From the NCBI GenBank assembly GCA_018671175.1, contig JABHIE010000031.1:104128-168127 (forward strand): a DNA stretch of 64,000 nucleotides, written 5' to 3'. The translations under genes and the position numbers were made by a program. This document shows, piece by piece, positions 53,869-63,400 of the stretch. Each line of letters starts with the position of its first letter. The first letter of the stretch is position 1. The notes beneath the pieces are model-generated. The model saw only the letters and a list, made by a program, of their open reading frames with translations, was not told the origin of the DNA and ran no database searches. The DNA comes from Planctomycetota bacterium (GTDB lineage Bacteria > Planctomycetota > UBA1135).

Positions 53869-54971
53869 GCGGCGCCAAGCAATCACCACGGATTCACGGT
53901 TTGTCCTGGCAGACGGCGGGTGAGTCGCATGGCCCTGCATTGCTCGCCACTCTTGAGGGCTTGCCTTATGGACTCAAAGTCGATTTGGGTGCCATCCGTG
54001 ATGGGCTTAAGAGTCGTTGGGCTGGTCCAGGCCGGGGTTTGCGGGCGGGGTTCGAAAAAGATGAGTTGAGTGTGTTGGCGGGTCTCAAGTCAGGTGTCAC
54101 TCTTGGCACGCCCCTTGTTTTGAGCCTTAATAATAGTGATACGCAGATCGATGTCTTGCCGCAGTTGTCGTCCCCGCGCCCGGGTCATGCTGATTTGCCG
54201 GGCGTGTTGCGGCACAAAAACCGTGATGTGCGTGCGATTCTTGAGCGTGCTTCTGCAAGAGAGACAGCCGCCCGCACAGCGCTCGGAGAGGTCGCGCGCC
54301 AACTCTTGCAGATTTTCGGAGTTGAGGTGTCGAGCCGGGTCGAAAGCGTGGCCGATGTGCCTTTTTCCGATTCCGCGGCCTGTCTCGAGCGTATTGCGCA
54401 CGCAAAAGAAGCCGGCGATTCTCTTGGGGGTATCTTTTCGCTCACAGCAACGGGGTGTCCGCCAGGTCTCGGTGGTTATGCCCAGCCGGCAGATCGTCTT
54501 GATGCACGCTTATTAGGAGCGGTGGCGACGATTCCTTCTGTGAAAGGGGTCGAAATCGGCCTGGGCTTTGCTGGAGCGAGCGTTTCTGGCGCAAACTACC
54601 ACGATGCGATCATCACCGCGCCAGATGGGTGGGCCGGGCTAAGCCGTGAGACCAACCGATCCGGCGGTATCGAGGGTGGCTTGACCAACGCACAGCCTAT
54701 TTCTTTGCGCGCTGTTTGCAAACCGATTCCGACCTTGCGCCACGGCGTGGCTTCTGTTGACTTGTCTACGGGGCTGGCATCGCGCGCAACTTATGAACGC
54801 AGCGATGTTTGCGTCATTGAGGCCGCCGCAGTGGTGGGGGAAGCGGTCTTGTGCCTTGAGTTGGCATCTGCACTGATCGCGAGGCTAGGAGGGCTGACCC
54901 TTCAAGAATGCCTCGAGAGATTTTCTTTCCTTGGTTCGACGGATGCCATCGCAGATTGGCCCGAGTCTTAA
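53865..54971 (+). CDS. aroC: Chorismate synthase
   Basis: 368 aa with TAGESHGPAL, RPGHADL..., ERASARETAARTA and GG..GG.TNG-like GGIEGGLTNAQPI motifs. Confidence 0.94.
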   Translation: MSGAKQSPRIHGLSWQTAGESHGPALLATLEGLPYGLKVDLGAIRDGLKSRWAGPGRGLRAGFEKDELSVLAGLKSGVTLGTPLVLSLNNSDTQIDVLPQLSSPRPGHADLPGVLRHKNRDVRAILERASARETAARTALGEVARQLLQIFGVEVSSRVESVADVPFSDSAACLERIAHAKEAGDSLGGIFSLTATGCPPGLGGYAQPADRLDARLLGAVATIPSVKGVEIGLGFAGASVSGANYHDAIITAPDGWAGLSRETNRSGGIEGGLTNAQPISLRAVCKPIPTLRHGVASVDLSTGLASRATYERSDVCVIEAAAVVGEAVLCLELASALIARLGGLTLQECLERFSFLGSTDAIADWPES

Positions 54972-55019
54972 GAAATCTGAAAAAAGCTACTTTTGGGCGG
55001 ATTTTTCGGCATCCTATGG

Positions 55020-55047
55020 TTGACTACGGCGGCTCGGTCCGTATGAT
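55020..55047 (+). promoter_or_regulatory. Candidate sigma-70 promoter of the tRNA-tuf transcription unit
   Basis: TTGACT (55020-55025), 16-nt spacer, TATGAT (55042-55047), 30 nt upstream of tRNA-Thr. An A/T-rich stretch (gaaaaaagctactttt..attttt) lies upstream. Confidence 0.5.
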
Positions 55048-55077
55048 ATTCGACCCCTTTCGCACAGGCATGACAAG

Positions 55078-55153
55078 GCTAGCGTGGCTCAGTTGGTAGA
55101 GCTCCGGTTTTGTAAACCGGTGGTCAAGGGTTCGAGTCCCTTCGCTAGCTCCA
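55078..55153 (+). tRNA. tRNA-Thr (anticodon TGT), CCA encoded
   Basis: Manual cloverleaf: acceptor GCTAGCG/CGCTAGC, anticodon arm ccggt-TTTGTAA-accgg, T-arm with GGTTCGAGTCC, 3' TCCA. Confidence 0.9.
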
Positions 55154-55225
55154 TGTTTGGGCCTAATCGTTGGGGTGTTCTCTTTGAATTCAACTGGATG
55201 CTTCTGGAAACCTGCTGGGTTTTTC

Positions 55226-55310
55226 GGGGAGGTACCGAAGCGGTCAAACGGGATGGACTGTAAATCCATTGGCTCAGCCTTCAGAGGTTCGAATCCTCTC
55301 CTCCCCACCA
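55226..55310 (+). tRNA. tRNA-Tyr (anticodon GTA), long variable arm, CCA encoded
   Basis: Acceptor GGGGAGG/CCTCCCC, anticodon loop CTGTAAA, long variable arm, T-loop GGTTCGAATCC, 3' ACCA. Confidence 0.9.
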
Positions 55311-55328
55311 GCCTCTACTCACACTTGG

Positions 55329-55402
55329 GCGGGTGTAGCTCAATGGTAGAGCCCCAGCCTTCCAAGCTGGTCACGTGGGTTCGATTCCCATCACCCGCTC
55401 CA
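55329..55402 (+). tRNA. tRNA-Gly (anticodon TCC), CCA encoded
   Basis: Acceptor GCGGGTG/CACCCGC, anticodon arm ccagc-CTTCCAA-gctgg, T-loop GGTTCGATTCC, 3' TCCA. Confidence 0.9.
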
Positions 55403-55442
55403 TTCCATGGCATCCACTCAAGCGCTCTCGCCTAGCGAGATC

Positions 55443-55517
<75 letters not shown>

Positions 55518-55633
55518 GCTCATGGCCCTTTGGGTCGTCCCGCGTCAGGCTTACGGCTTTTCGCAACTCTCATCATCGGCTTAGCCGATTCAAACTCACT
55601 TCAAACCTACTACCGTTAAGCGGAACAATTACG

Positions 55634-56839
55634 ATGGCCAAAGAAGTCTTCGAACGCACAAAGCCGCACGTTAACGTTGGCACCATTGGTCACGTCGACC
55701 ACGGTAAGACAACGCTAACCGCAGCAATCACGGGCTATCTCGCCCAAAAATCAGGCGGTACCGCCAAAGCCTTCGACGAGATCGACAAGGCCCCTGAGGA
55801 AAAAGCTCGGGGTATCACGATTTCGACGGCTCACGTTGAGTACGAGACTGATAATCGTCACTACGCTCACGTTGACTGCCCGGGTCACGCTGACTATGTT
55901 AAAAACATGATCACTGGCGCCGCTCAAATGGATGGCGGCATCTTGGTCGTGGCGGCTAACGACGGCCCTATGCCTCAAACTCGTGAGCACATTCTGCTTG
56001 CCAAGCAGGTTAATGTGCCAGCCCTCGTGATTTTCATGAACAAGGCCGACCTTGTTGACGACGAAGAGCTCCTCGAGCTCGTCGAAATGGAAATTCGCGA
56101 GTTGCTCTCCGAGTACGACTTTGACGGCGACAACATTGCCATCGTTTCTGGTTCCGCACTTGGCGCCATGCAAGCCATGGAAGAAGGCGCTGGCGTGGAT
56201 GACCCACGCTACGCTTGCATCAACGAGCTAATGGAAGCTGTTGATACTCACATTCCTGAGCCAGAGCGTGATGTCGACAAAGACTTCCTCATGCCTGTTG
56301 AGGATGTCTTCTCAATCGAAGGTCGCGGCACGGTTGTGACCGGCCGTGTCGAGTGTGGCATCGTTAATGTTAGTGATTCCATTGAGATCGTTGGCATGAA
56401 AGAGACCGTTACGACCACCTGCACGGGTGTCGAGATGTTCCAGAAGACTCTCAGTGAGGGTCGCGCTGGTGACAACTGCGGTATTCTTCTCCGTGGCGTC
56501 AAGAAAGACGAAGTTCAGCGCGGTCAAGTTTTGGCCAAGCCGGGCTCCATCACGCCTCACACCAAGTTTGAGTCGGAAGTCTACATCCTTAAGAAGGAAG
56601 AGGGCGGTCGTCACAAGCCATTCTTTAACGGTTACCGTCCACAGTTCTACTTCCGTACAACTGATGTTACGGGCACCATCGAGTTGCCGGGCGATGTCGA
56701 AATGGTCATGCCAGGCGACAATGTCAAGATGATCGTTACGCTCCACACTCCAATTGCCATGGACGAGCAGCTTCGCTTCGCGATTCGCGAAGGTGGCCGC
56801 ACGGTTGGCGCTGGTGTTGTAGCCAAGGTCATTGAGTAA
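55634..56839 (+). CDS. tuf: Elongation factor Tu
   Basis: 401 aa with [24 protein letters not shown] and SALGA motifs. Classical position after the Thr-Tyr-Gly-Thr tRNA cluster. Confidence 0.98.
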   Translation: MAKEVFERTKPHVNVGTIGHVDHGKTTLTAAITGYLAQKSGGTAKAFDEIDKAPEEKARGITISTAHVEYETDNRHYAHVDCPGHADYVKNMITGAAQMDGGILVVAANDGPMPQTREHILLAKQVNVPALVIFMNKADLVDDEELLELVEMEIRELLSEYDFDGDNIAIVSGSALGAMQAMEEGAGVDDPRYACINELMEAVDTHIPEPERDVDKDFLMPVEDVFSIEGRGTVVTGRVECGIVNVSDSIEIVGMKETVTTTCTGVEMFQKTLSEGRAGDNCGILLRGVKKDEVQRGQVLAKPGSITPHTKFESEVYILKKEEGGRHKPFFNGYRPQFYFRTTDVTGTIELPGDVEMVMPGDNVKMIVTLHTPIAMDEQLRFAIREGGRTVGAGVVAKVIE

Positions 56840-56845
56840 TCCACT

Positions 56846-56876
56846 TGGTCGCCCTGCCTTTTTGGTGGGGCGACCA
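56846..56876 (+). other. Intercistronic hairpin between tuf and rpmG
   Basis: tggtcgccc-13 nt loop-gggcgacca gives a 9-bp stem starting 7 nt after the tuf stop. No T-run follows, so it is more likely a stabiliser or attenuator than a full terminator. Confidence 0.4.
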
Positions 56877-56890
56877 GAACCCCTTTCATC

Positions 56891-57049
56891 ATGAAAAACA
56901 AAGAACGCTACGTCTTTCTCGAGTGCACTGAGTGCAAAAACCGCAATTACACGACGCATAAGCGTCAGCGGGCTGAGTACAAATTAGAGAAGAAAAAGTT
57001 CTGTCGCTTCTGCCGCGGCCACCAGGTCCATCGGGAGAAGAAACTCTAG
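56891..57049 (+). CDS. rpmG: 50S ribosomal protein L33
   Basis: 52 aa, below the ORF-track cutoff. My translation is MKNKERYVFLECTECKNRNYTTHKRQRAEYKLEKKKFCRFCRGHQVHREKKL, with the CxxC...CxxC zinc-ribbon form of L33, in the conserved position before secE. Confidence 0.9.
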   Translation: MKNKERYVFLECTECKNRNYTTHKRQRAEYKLEKKKFCRFCRGHQVHREKKL

Positions 57050-57073
57050 GTCGCTCTGCGGTCTGATCGCATC

Positions 57074-57496
57074 ATGCTTTACCGTCACAAATCCGAGGAA
57101 GGTCGTAACGCCCGCCAGGCTTCGTTCTGGGCAGGCGAAGGCATGCTGGCGTTTGGCTGTTATGCCCTGAGCGGTACGCTTGGGCAAAATGTAGCCTTGC
57201 GCGGCTCGTTCGGTGAATTGCCTTTCTTGGGCATTTCTCTAACGGGGGCGTTCCTTATTGCTTTCCTTGCCTTTGTGCTGGGTAGCTTTTTCTGGGTGCG
57301 CTGGTTAGGTCAACCTAAAATCGCTGATCACCTTATCGAGGTCGAGGGCGAGCTTAATAAAGTGGTTTGGCCTTCTTTCTCTGAGGCGACCAATTCATCT
57401 ATTGTCGTGGTGGTTACCATTCTTATCCTAATGGGCTTTTTGTCTGTTGCGGATTGGGGCTTGGGCCGACTTTTCAATTTCCTCCTGTTCCAGTAA
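57074..57496 (+). CDS. secE: Preprotein translocase subunit SecE (three-TM form)
   Basis: 140 aa with three hydrophobic segments. The last part, IEVEGELNKVVWPSFSEATNSSIVVVVTILILMGFL, matches the conserved SecE core (E..kV.WP...e). Sits between rpmG and nusG. Confidence 0.85.
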   Translation: MLYRHKSEEGRNARQASFWAGEGMLAFGCYALSGTLGQNVALRGSFGELPFLGISLTGAFLIAFLAFVLGSFFWVRWLGQPKIADHLIEVEGELNKVVWPSFSEATNSSIVVVVTILILMGFLSVADWGLGRLFNFLLFQ

Positions 57497-57499
57497 ATC

Positions 57500-58066
57500 A
57501 TGTCTGCCTCTTGGTACATCCTTCGCGTTCCGGTTAACCGGGAAGACAGCACAGGTGAGAAACTCACCTTGCGCGTCAAGGCTGATGGTCTTGAGCACCG
57601 CATTCCGCGCGTGGTTGTTCCTGCTGAGCGCGTGACTGAAATTAAGTCGGGCAAGAAAAAAGTGGTTCGCCGCAAAATCTATCCAGGCTACATTCTCGTG
57701 AATGCTGATTTGGGTGACTGGGGTGGCGAGGTTCTTCCTGTCCAGGAAGAAGACCAAAATGTTTGGTTCGCTTTGAAATCAGTAAGAGGCATTCGTTTCA
57801 TGGGCGTAGACATGCCGCCCGCTCCAATGGAGCCTGGCGAAGTCGAGCCCATCCTAGAGCGGATGGAAGAAACAGAAGATTCACCCCGTATGGCCATTCG
57901 CATCAAGCGTGGTGATATGGTTCAAATCAAAGAAGGTCCTTTCGAGGGCTTTGATGGTTCGGTCGAGGAAGTTCTCGACGACAAGGGTCTCCTTCGGATT
58001 GCGGTTACGATTTTTGGTCGTGCCACAACTGTTGAGATCGAACACTGGCTGGTCGATCCAATTTAG
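57500..58066 (+). CDS. nusG: Transcription termination/antitermination factor NusG
   Basis: 188 aa with NGN domain (WYILRV..N.E) and KOW (GDMVQIKEGPFEGFDGSVEEV). Confidence 0.95.
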   Translation: MSASWYILRVPVNREDSTGEKLTLRVKADGLEHRIPRVVVPAERVTEIKSGKKKVVRRKIYPGYILVNADLGDWGGEVLPVQEEDQNVWFALKSVRGIRFMGVDMPPAPMEPGEVEPILERMEETEDSPRMAIRIKRGDMVQIKEGPFEGFDGSVEEVLDDKGLLRIAVTIFGRATTVEIEHWLVDPI

Positions 58067-58137
58067 GTCAGCCCCGTTGGTTGGCAATCCTGCCAGCTAG
58101 CACTCCCGTCCGTACCACATTCGTGGGAGGGTAAAAA

Positions 58138-58566
58138 ATGGCAAAAGAAATTACTGCAAAAATCAAACTGCAATGCCCCGCTGGGCAGGCAACTCCTGCG
58201 CCCCCGGTCGGTCCGGCTTTGGGTGCACACGGCGTGCCTATTGGCGATTTCGTCAAGCAGTTCAACGATGCGACCGCTGATAAGCGTGGCTACATCATTC
58301 CCGTCATTATAACGGTTTACAAAGACCGTAGTTTTTCACTCGAATACAAGCAGCCACCGGCTGCCGTCCTCATCCTCAAGGCCGCTGGTCTTGAAAAGGG
58401 TGCAAGCGAAATCGGCACTGAGATTGTGGGCAACTTGACCGCAACTCAATTGCGCGAAGTCGCCGAGATGAAGATGTCTGACCTTAATGCTGCTTCGATT
58501 GAGGCTGCCGAGCGTATTATCGCCGGCACAGCTCGCTCGATGGGCGTAACCGTGGAGGGCAATTAG
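58138..58566 (+). CDS. rplK: 50S ribosomal protein L11
   Basis: 142 aa with [22 protein letters not shown]....F.K.FN. Confidence 0.97.
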   Translation: MAKEITAKIKLQCPAGQATPAPPVGPALGAHGVPIGDFVKQFNDATADKRGYIIPVIITVYKDRSFSLEYKQPPAAVLILKAAGLEKGASEIGTEIVGNLTATQLREVAEMKMSDLNAASIEAAERIIAGTARSMGVTVEGN

Positions 58567-59250
58567 ATGAAGCATAGTCGTCGCTATTTGGCCAACCGCG
58601 AAGGGTTGGATCCTGTTCAAGTGCATTCCGTTTCGGGTGCCCTTGAGATACTAAAGGGCTTGCGTGCTGCTAAGTTTGACGAGACCGTTGAGGTTCACAC
58701 CCGTTTGGGTGTTGATCCTAAAAAGTCTGATCAGATGGTGCGTGGTGCGGTTTCGCTTCCTCACGGTCTAGGCAAAGATGTTCGCGTCATTGCTTTTGCT
58801 GAGGGCGATATGGCCGATGCCGCTCGTGAAGCTGGCGCCATTGAAGTTGGCTCTTCTGATTTGGCTGACAAAATCGCTGGCGGCTGGATGGCCTTTGACA
58901 TTGTCATCGCTCATCCGTCGATGATGCGCCATGTCGGTAAATTGGGTCGCGTTTTAGGCCCTTCCGGCAAGATGCCTTCGCCTAAATCTGGCACGGTGAC
59001 CCCCAATGTTGGGCAAGCTGTTTCCGAGTTTAAGGCAGGCAAGGTTGAGTTCCGGGTTGACGCTGCGGGCAACATTCATGTTCCCGTCGGCAAAATTTCT
59101 TTCAGCGCTGAAAAGCTGACAGAAAATGCAACTGCATTCATTGACTATGTTGCTGGGCTTCGTCCTGCTACGGCCAAGGGTGCTTACTTCCGCAATGTAA
59201 CTGTGACCACGACGATGGGGCCTGGCCTTCGCGTTGAGGTTAAGCATTAA
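58567..59250 (+). CDS. rplA: 50S ribosomal protein L1
   Basis: 227 aa with FDETVEVH..LGVDP.KSDQMVRG...LPHG.GK. Starts immediately after the rplK stop. Confidence 0.97.
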   Translation: MKHSRRYLANREGLDPVQVHSVSGALEILKGLRAAKFDETVEVHTRLGVDPKKSDQMVRGAVSLPHGLGKDVRVIAFAEGDMADAAREAGAIEVGSSDLADKIAGGWMAFDIVIAHPSMMRHVGKLGRVLGPSGKMPSPKSGTVTPNVGQAVSEFKAGKVEFRVDAAGNIHVPVGKISFSAEKLTENATAFIDYVAGLRPATAKGAYFRNVTVTTTMGPGLRVEVKH

Positions 59251-59265
59251 TACGAGGCATACGAC

Positions 59266-59796
59266 ATGGTAAGCAACTTAAATAAATGGATGGTCCGCGA
59301 ATACGCGACGCTTCTTCAAGATAAAGAAGGCGTTGTTGTTCTCGGCCTTGCTGCACTTGATTCCGAAGAGTCACTTGCTCTTCGTAATGACATCCGCTCG
59401 GCTGGTGCTGAGCTCATCCTCACCAAAAAGCGTCTCGCTAAGACGGCTTTGGCAGAGGTTGGTGTCGAAATCCCCGCTGACTCCTGGAATGGCTCGTGTG
59501 CATTCTTGGTAGGTGATGTCGATGCGACTCTCGCTGCTGCTAAAGCCATTGAAAAGGCTTGGAAAAAGGCAGATGAGCGCAAAGTCATTTTTCAGGGTGC
59601 CTTCCTAGACGGTAGCCCAATGGATTCTGCAGCTGCTGCTCAGATTCCAAACATGGCTGACAAAGACACCTTGCGCGCACAAATCTGTGGCGCAATCTCT
59701 GGCCCGGCGCGTGCAATTGCCATGCTCCTCAAAGAGGTCCCAGCTTCCACTGCTCGCGTCGTACAGGCACGGGCCGATCAGGGCGACAACGCTTAA
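59266..59796 (+). CDS. rplJ: 50S ribosomal protein L10
   Basis: 176 aa in the conserved position between rplA and rplL. L10-like pattern (LR...R..GAEL...K..L...AL). Confidence 0.93.
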   Translation: MVSNLNKWMVREYATLLQDKEGVVVLGLAALDSEESLALRNDIRSAGAELILTKKRLAKTALAEVGVEIPADSWNGSCAFLVGDVDATLAAAKAIEKAWKKADERKVIFQGAFLDGSPMDSAAAAQIPNMADKDTLRAQICGAISGPARAIAMLLKEVPASTARVVQARADQGDNA

Positions 59797-59859
59797 CGCG
59801 TCGTTTGCCTATCCCAATAAAAAAACACCGCGAATAATCGCAAACCCAGGTACTACTAG

Positions 59860-60258
59860 ATGACCGAAGAAACCCAAACCGTTGAGCTTGACTCAGACCT
59901 CGAGTCGCTCTTTACCCAACTTGATGCCTTGCCTCTCGGCCAGGCCGCCACACTTGTTAAAGCAATGGAAGAGCGCTGGGGCGTTTCTGCCGCTGCTCCT
60001 GTTGCTGCTGCTGGCCCTGCCGTTGCAGAAGAAGCAGTCGAAGAGAAGACAGCTTTTGATGTCATCCTTGAGAACTTTGGCGAGAAGAAAATCAATGTTA
60101 TTAAGACCGTCCGCGCCATCACTGGCCTTGGTCTGAAAGAAGCCAAAGCCCTTGTCGAAAGTGCGCCTAAAGCCGTTAAGGAAGGCGCAAGCAAAGAAGA
60201 AGCCGAAGATCTCAAGAAACAACTTGAGGACGCTGGCGCTACCGTCAAGATTGACTAG
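59860..60258 (+). CDS. rplL: 50S ribosomal protein L7/L12
   Basis: 132 aa with an Ala-rich hinge and C-terminal domain [44 protein letters not shown]. Confidence 0.96.
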   Translation: MTEETQTVELDSDLESLFTQLDALPLGQAATLVKAMEERWGVSAAAPVAAAGPAVAEEAVEEKTAFDVILENFGEKKINVIKTVRAITGLGLKEAKALVESAPKAVKEGASKEEAEDLKKQLEDAGATVKID

Positions 60259-60303
60259 TAAAGATCAACGACTCGTTGTTGATTTTGCAACCGGCCAACC
60301 ACG

Positions 60304-60331
60304 GTCCGCAGTCGCCTGGGCGACTGCGGAC
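60304..60331 (+). promoter_or_regulatory. Strong hairpin in the rplL-rpoB spacer (candidate attenuator or processing site)
   Basis: gtccgcagtcgcc-tg-ggcgactgcggac has perfectly complementary 13-nt arms (terminal pairs must open to form a loop). A further hairpin cccacag-ttttg-ctgtggg lies at 60357-60375, and a weaker one followed by tttt lies at ~60263-60286. Confidence 0.5.
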
Positions 60332-60465
60332 TATGGTCGCATGCCGGTCTGCCCGCCCCACAGTTTTGCTGTGGGAGGGCGCCACCTCGCCGACTTTGAG
60401 TTTCGCCGTGCACGCGGAAGCAAAGTTGGTAATTGCCATGTCCACTCCTACCGAGGGTGATAGCG

Positions 60466-63400
60466 ATGACATTTGATCGTCAAGCCATTCAAGATTTCGA
60501 AGTCCGCGACTACCGTTCCTTTCAATTTAAAGACGATAGTCTCCTTCCTGGGCTTTCTGACCTGCAATTCCGCGCATACGCAGAATTTTTGCAGGTTGAT
60601 ACAGCTCAGAAACGCCGCAAGGCTCACGGCTTAGAGGCCCTCTTTCAAGAGGTGTTCCCTATTGAAAGTGGCGATAAGTCCATGGCCCTTGAGTTTTTGG
60701 GCTATAGCTTGGGTCGTCCTCGCTACACGCCTGCAGAGTGCCGCGCTTTGAAATATAGCTACGCTTATCCTCTCAAGGTTCGTGTCGCTTTGCGCAATGG
60801 TGATGAGCTCCTCGAAGAAGAGATTTACCTAGGCGAAGTCCCAATCATGCTGGGTGGTGGCGAATTCGTCATTAACGGTTCAGAGCGTGTAATTGTTGCT
60901 CAGTTGCACCGTTCACCGGGTATCGATTTCTCCGTAGAAAAAGGTACGGGTGATAAAAACTTGCACTCGGCGCGTGTGATTCCTGAGCGTGGCTCCTGGA
61001 TGGATCTCACCGTTTCTGGCAAAGGTATGCTTCAAGTGCGTATCGACCAGCAGGGCAAATTTAGTGCGCTCACTTTAATTCGTGCGCTCAAGCCAGAGTG
61101 GGGCAGTGATGCACAGCTCCTCAAACTTTTCTACCCAGCTGAGGTTCTTAAGCGCGCTAAGCAGAGCAAAGGCAAGTTCTCCGCAGCTCTTGAAAACCGT
61201 GTTTCGGTTGATGCTTTGCGCGATTCTCGCACAGGCGAGGTTTGGGTTGAGGCTGGCCAAATAATCACAGCCGAAAGTGCTGAGCGTATTGCCACTTCTG
61301 AAATCGCTGAGATCGAAGTTCTTTCTTCCGATCCAAAGGCACGCGAAGAGTATCCTTGGGTTGGCGATATGTTGATTGTGAATTCTCTCAAAGAAGACAC
61401 CGCCACTTCTCACGAAGAAGCGCTTGCCGCGATTTATGCGCGTCTGCGCCCGGGCAACCCCGTGCAACTAGAGAAAGCTCGCGAATTGCTTCACGATCGC
61501 TTTTTCGACCAAGCGCGTTATAGCCTCGGTCGTGTGGGCCGTTTCCGGATTAACCGCAAGTTCAACCGCCCTTTTCAGGGTGACAAGGCGCCTCGCACCT
61601 TGCTCCCCGATGACATTATCGACTCTATTCGCTACTTGCTGCGTCTACGCGCAGGCATTGGTGAAACAGATGATATTGACCACCTCGGTAATCGCCGCGT
61701 TCGTACGATTTCTGAGCTGGCAGCGGAAGATTTCCGCAAAGGCTTGCTAAAGGTCGCTCGCGCAGTCACCGACCGTATGGCGCAGCAAAACGATACCGAG
61801 ACGCTTACGCCTCGCAGTCTGATTAACGCAAAAGCGTTCTCCACAAGCGTAGACCAGTTCTATTCTCGCGGCGAATTATCACAAGTCGTTGACCAAACTA
61901 ACCCGCTTTCGCAGTTGGCTCACGAGCGTCGCCTTTCGGCACTTGGCCCTGGGGGTCTTAACCGCAAGCGCGCGGGCTTCCAAGAGCGAGATGTTCATAT
62001 CAGCCACTACGGGCGTCTGTGCCCAATTGAAACCCCTGAGGGTGCAAACATTGGTCTCATTTCATCCCTATCGCTCTATGCGGTAGTTGATGATTATGGC
62101 TTCTTAGTTACGCCTTATCGTGTGGTTAAAAAAGGTAAGCCAACCGAGGAGATTTCTTACTTGCGTGCCGATCAAGAATACGAAAAAGTATTCGTCCCGG
62201 CCGATTCCAGCATTACAAAAGGCAAAATCGAGTGCGATGATGCTGGTCAAGTCCTTTGCCGCTACCATGGCGAGTTCAACCGTAAAGCTCTCGATGATGT
62301 TGAGTACCTTGACATTGACCCAGGTCAAATTCTCGGTATTAGCGCATCCTTGATTCCATTCCTTGAGCATGACGATGCAAACCGTGCTTTGATGGGTGCA
62401 AACATGCAGCGTCAGGCTGTGCCTTTGATTGAGACCGAGCCCGTCTTGGTCGGTACAGGCATGGAAAAAGCTGTCGCCCACAACTCTGGCTGGGTCGTCA
62501 AGGCCCGCAAGCCAGGCGTCGTCGAATATGTTGACGCAAATGTCGTCCGCATTAAAGACGACCCCGAGGCTTATTACTTACGCAAGTTTGATGGCACCAA
62601 CGAGCACACCTGCTTAAACCAAAAGCCAATCGTTAAGGTCGGGCAAAAGGTTAAGTCTGGTGAAGTTCTAGCAGACGGCCCAGCAACTAAAAACGGCGAG
62701 CTTGCCATCGGCAAGAACCTCCTCGTCGCCTTCATGTCCTGGGAAGGCTACAACTATGAAGATGCGATTATCGTGAGTGAGCGTCTCGTGAAAGACGACG
62801 CTTTCACTTCAATACACATCGTTCATTACCAAGCTGAGATTCGCGAGACGACTCTTGGCAAGGAAGAGTTTACGCGTGACATCCCAAATGCGGGTGAGCG
62901 TGCGCTTAAGCATCTTGATGAGGCAGGCATTGTTCGTGTCGGTACTCGCGTTGGCCCAAATGATATTTTGGTCGGCAAAATTGCTCCAAAGAGCAAAACT
63001 GAGCTCACTCCAGAAGAGCGTCTGCTACATGCCATTTTTGGCCGTGCTGGCGAAGATGTAAAAAATGTCTCTCTCAAGTTGCCAGCAGGTGTACGCGGTA
63101 TCGTAATTGGTGCCGAGCGCTACACACGCAAAGTCAACATGGATGCTAAAGAGCGTCGCGAAGTTGCGATTCAAATTCGCGATATCGAGATGGAATTCGA
63201 TGTTGTCTTACGGGGTGAGCTGCAGCATTGCATCGAAGAGCTCTCTGGCTATGTCGCTGAAACGATTAAAGATCCAGAGACCAAAAAAGAACTCAAAGTT
63301 ACCGAAGCGACTCTGTTTGGTGATTTGCAGCGGATTCAAGAATTCGTTCGTAAATACGCAGAGGGCCTTGAACAGCCTTCGCGCCGCGCCAAGGCAGAAG

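Noticed and set aside
56312-56959. 215-aa minus-strand ORF inside tuf and rpmG
   Set aside because: It is antisense to EF-Tu, which is unambiguous. Long antisense ORFs are a common artefact in highly expressed, codon-biased genes.
56840-57073. Looked for the tRNA-Trp that often sits between tuf/rpmG and secE
   Set aside because: The spacers (51 nt and 24 nt) are too short, and I could not draw a cloverleaf. The only features here are a hairpin and the L33 gene.
60152-60476. ORFs of 102 aa and 66 aa in the rplL-rpoB spacer
   Set aside because: They overlap the rplL 3' end and the structured spacer and have Arg/Pro-rich shadow composition. The region is better explained as an RNA leader.
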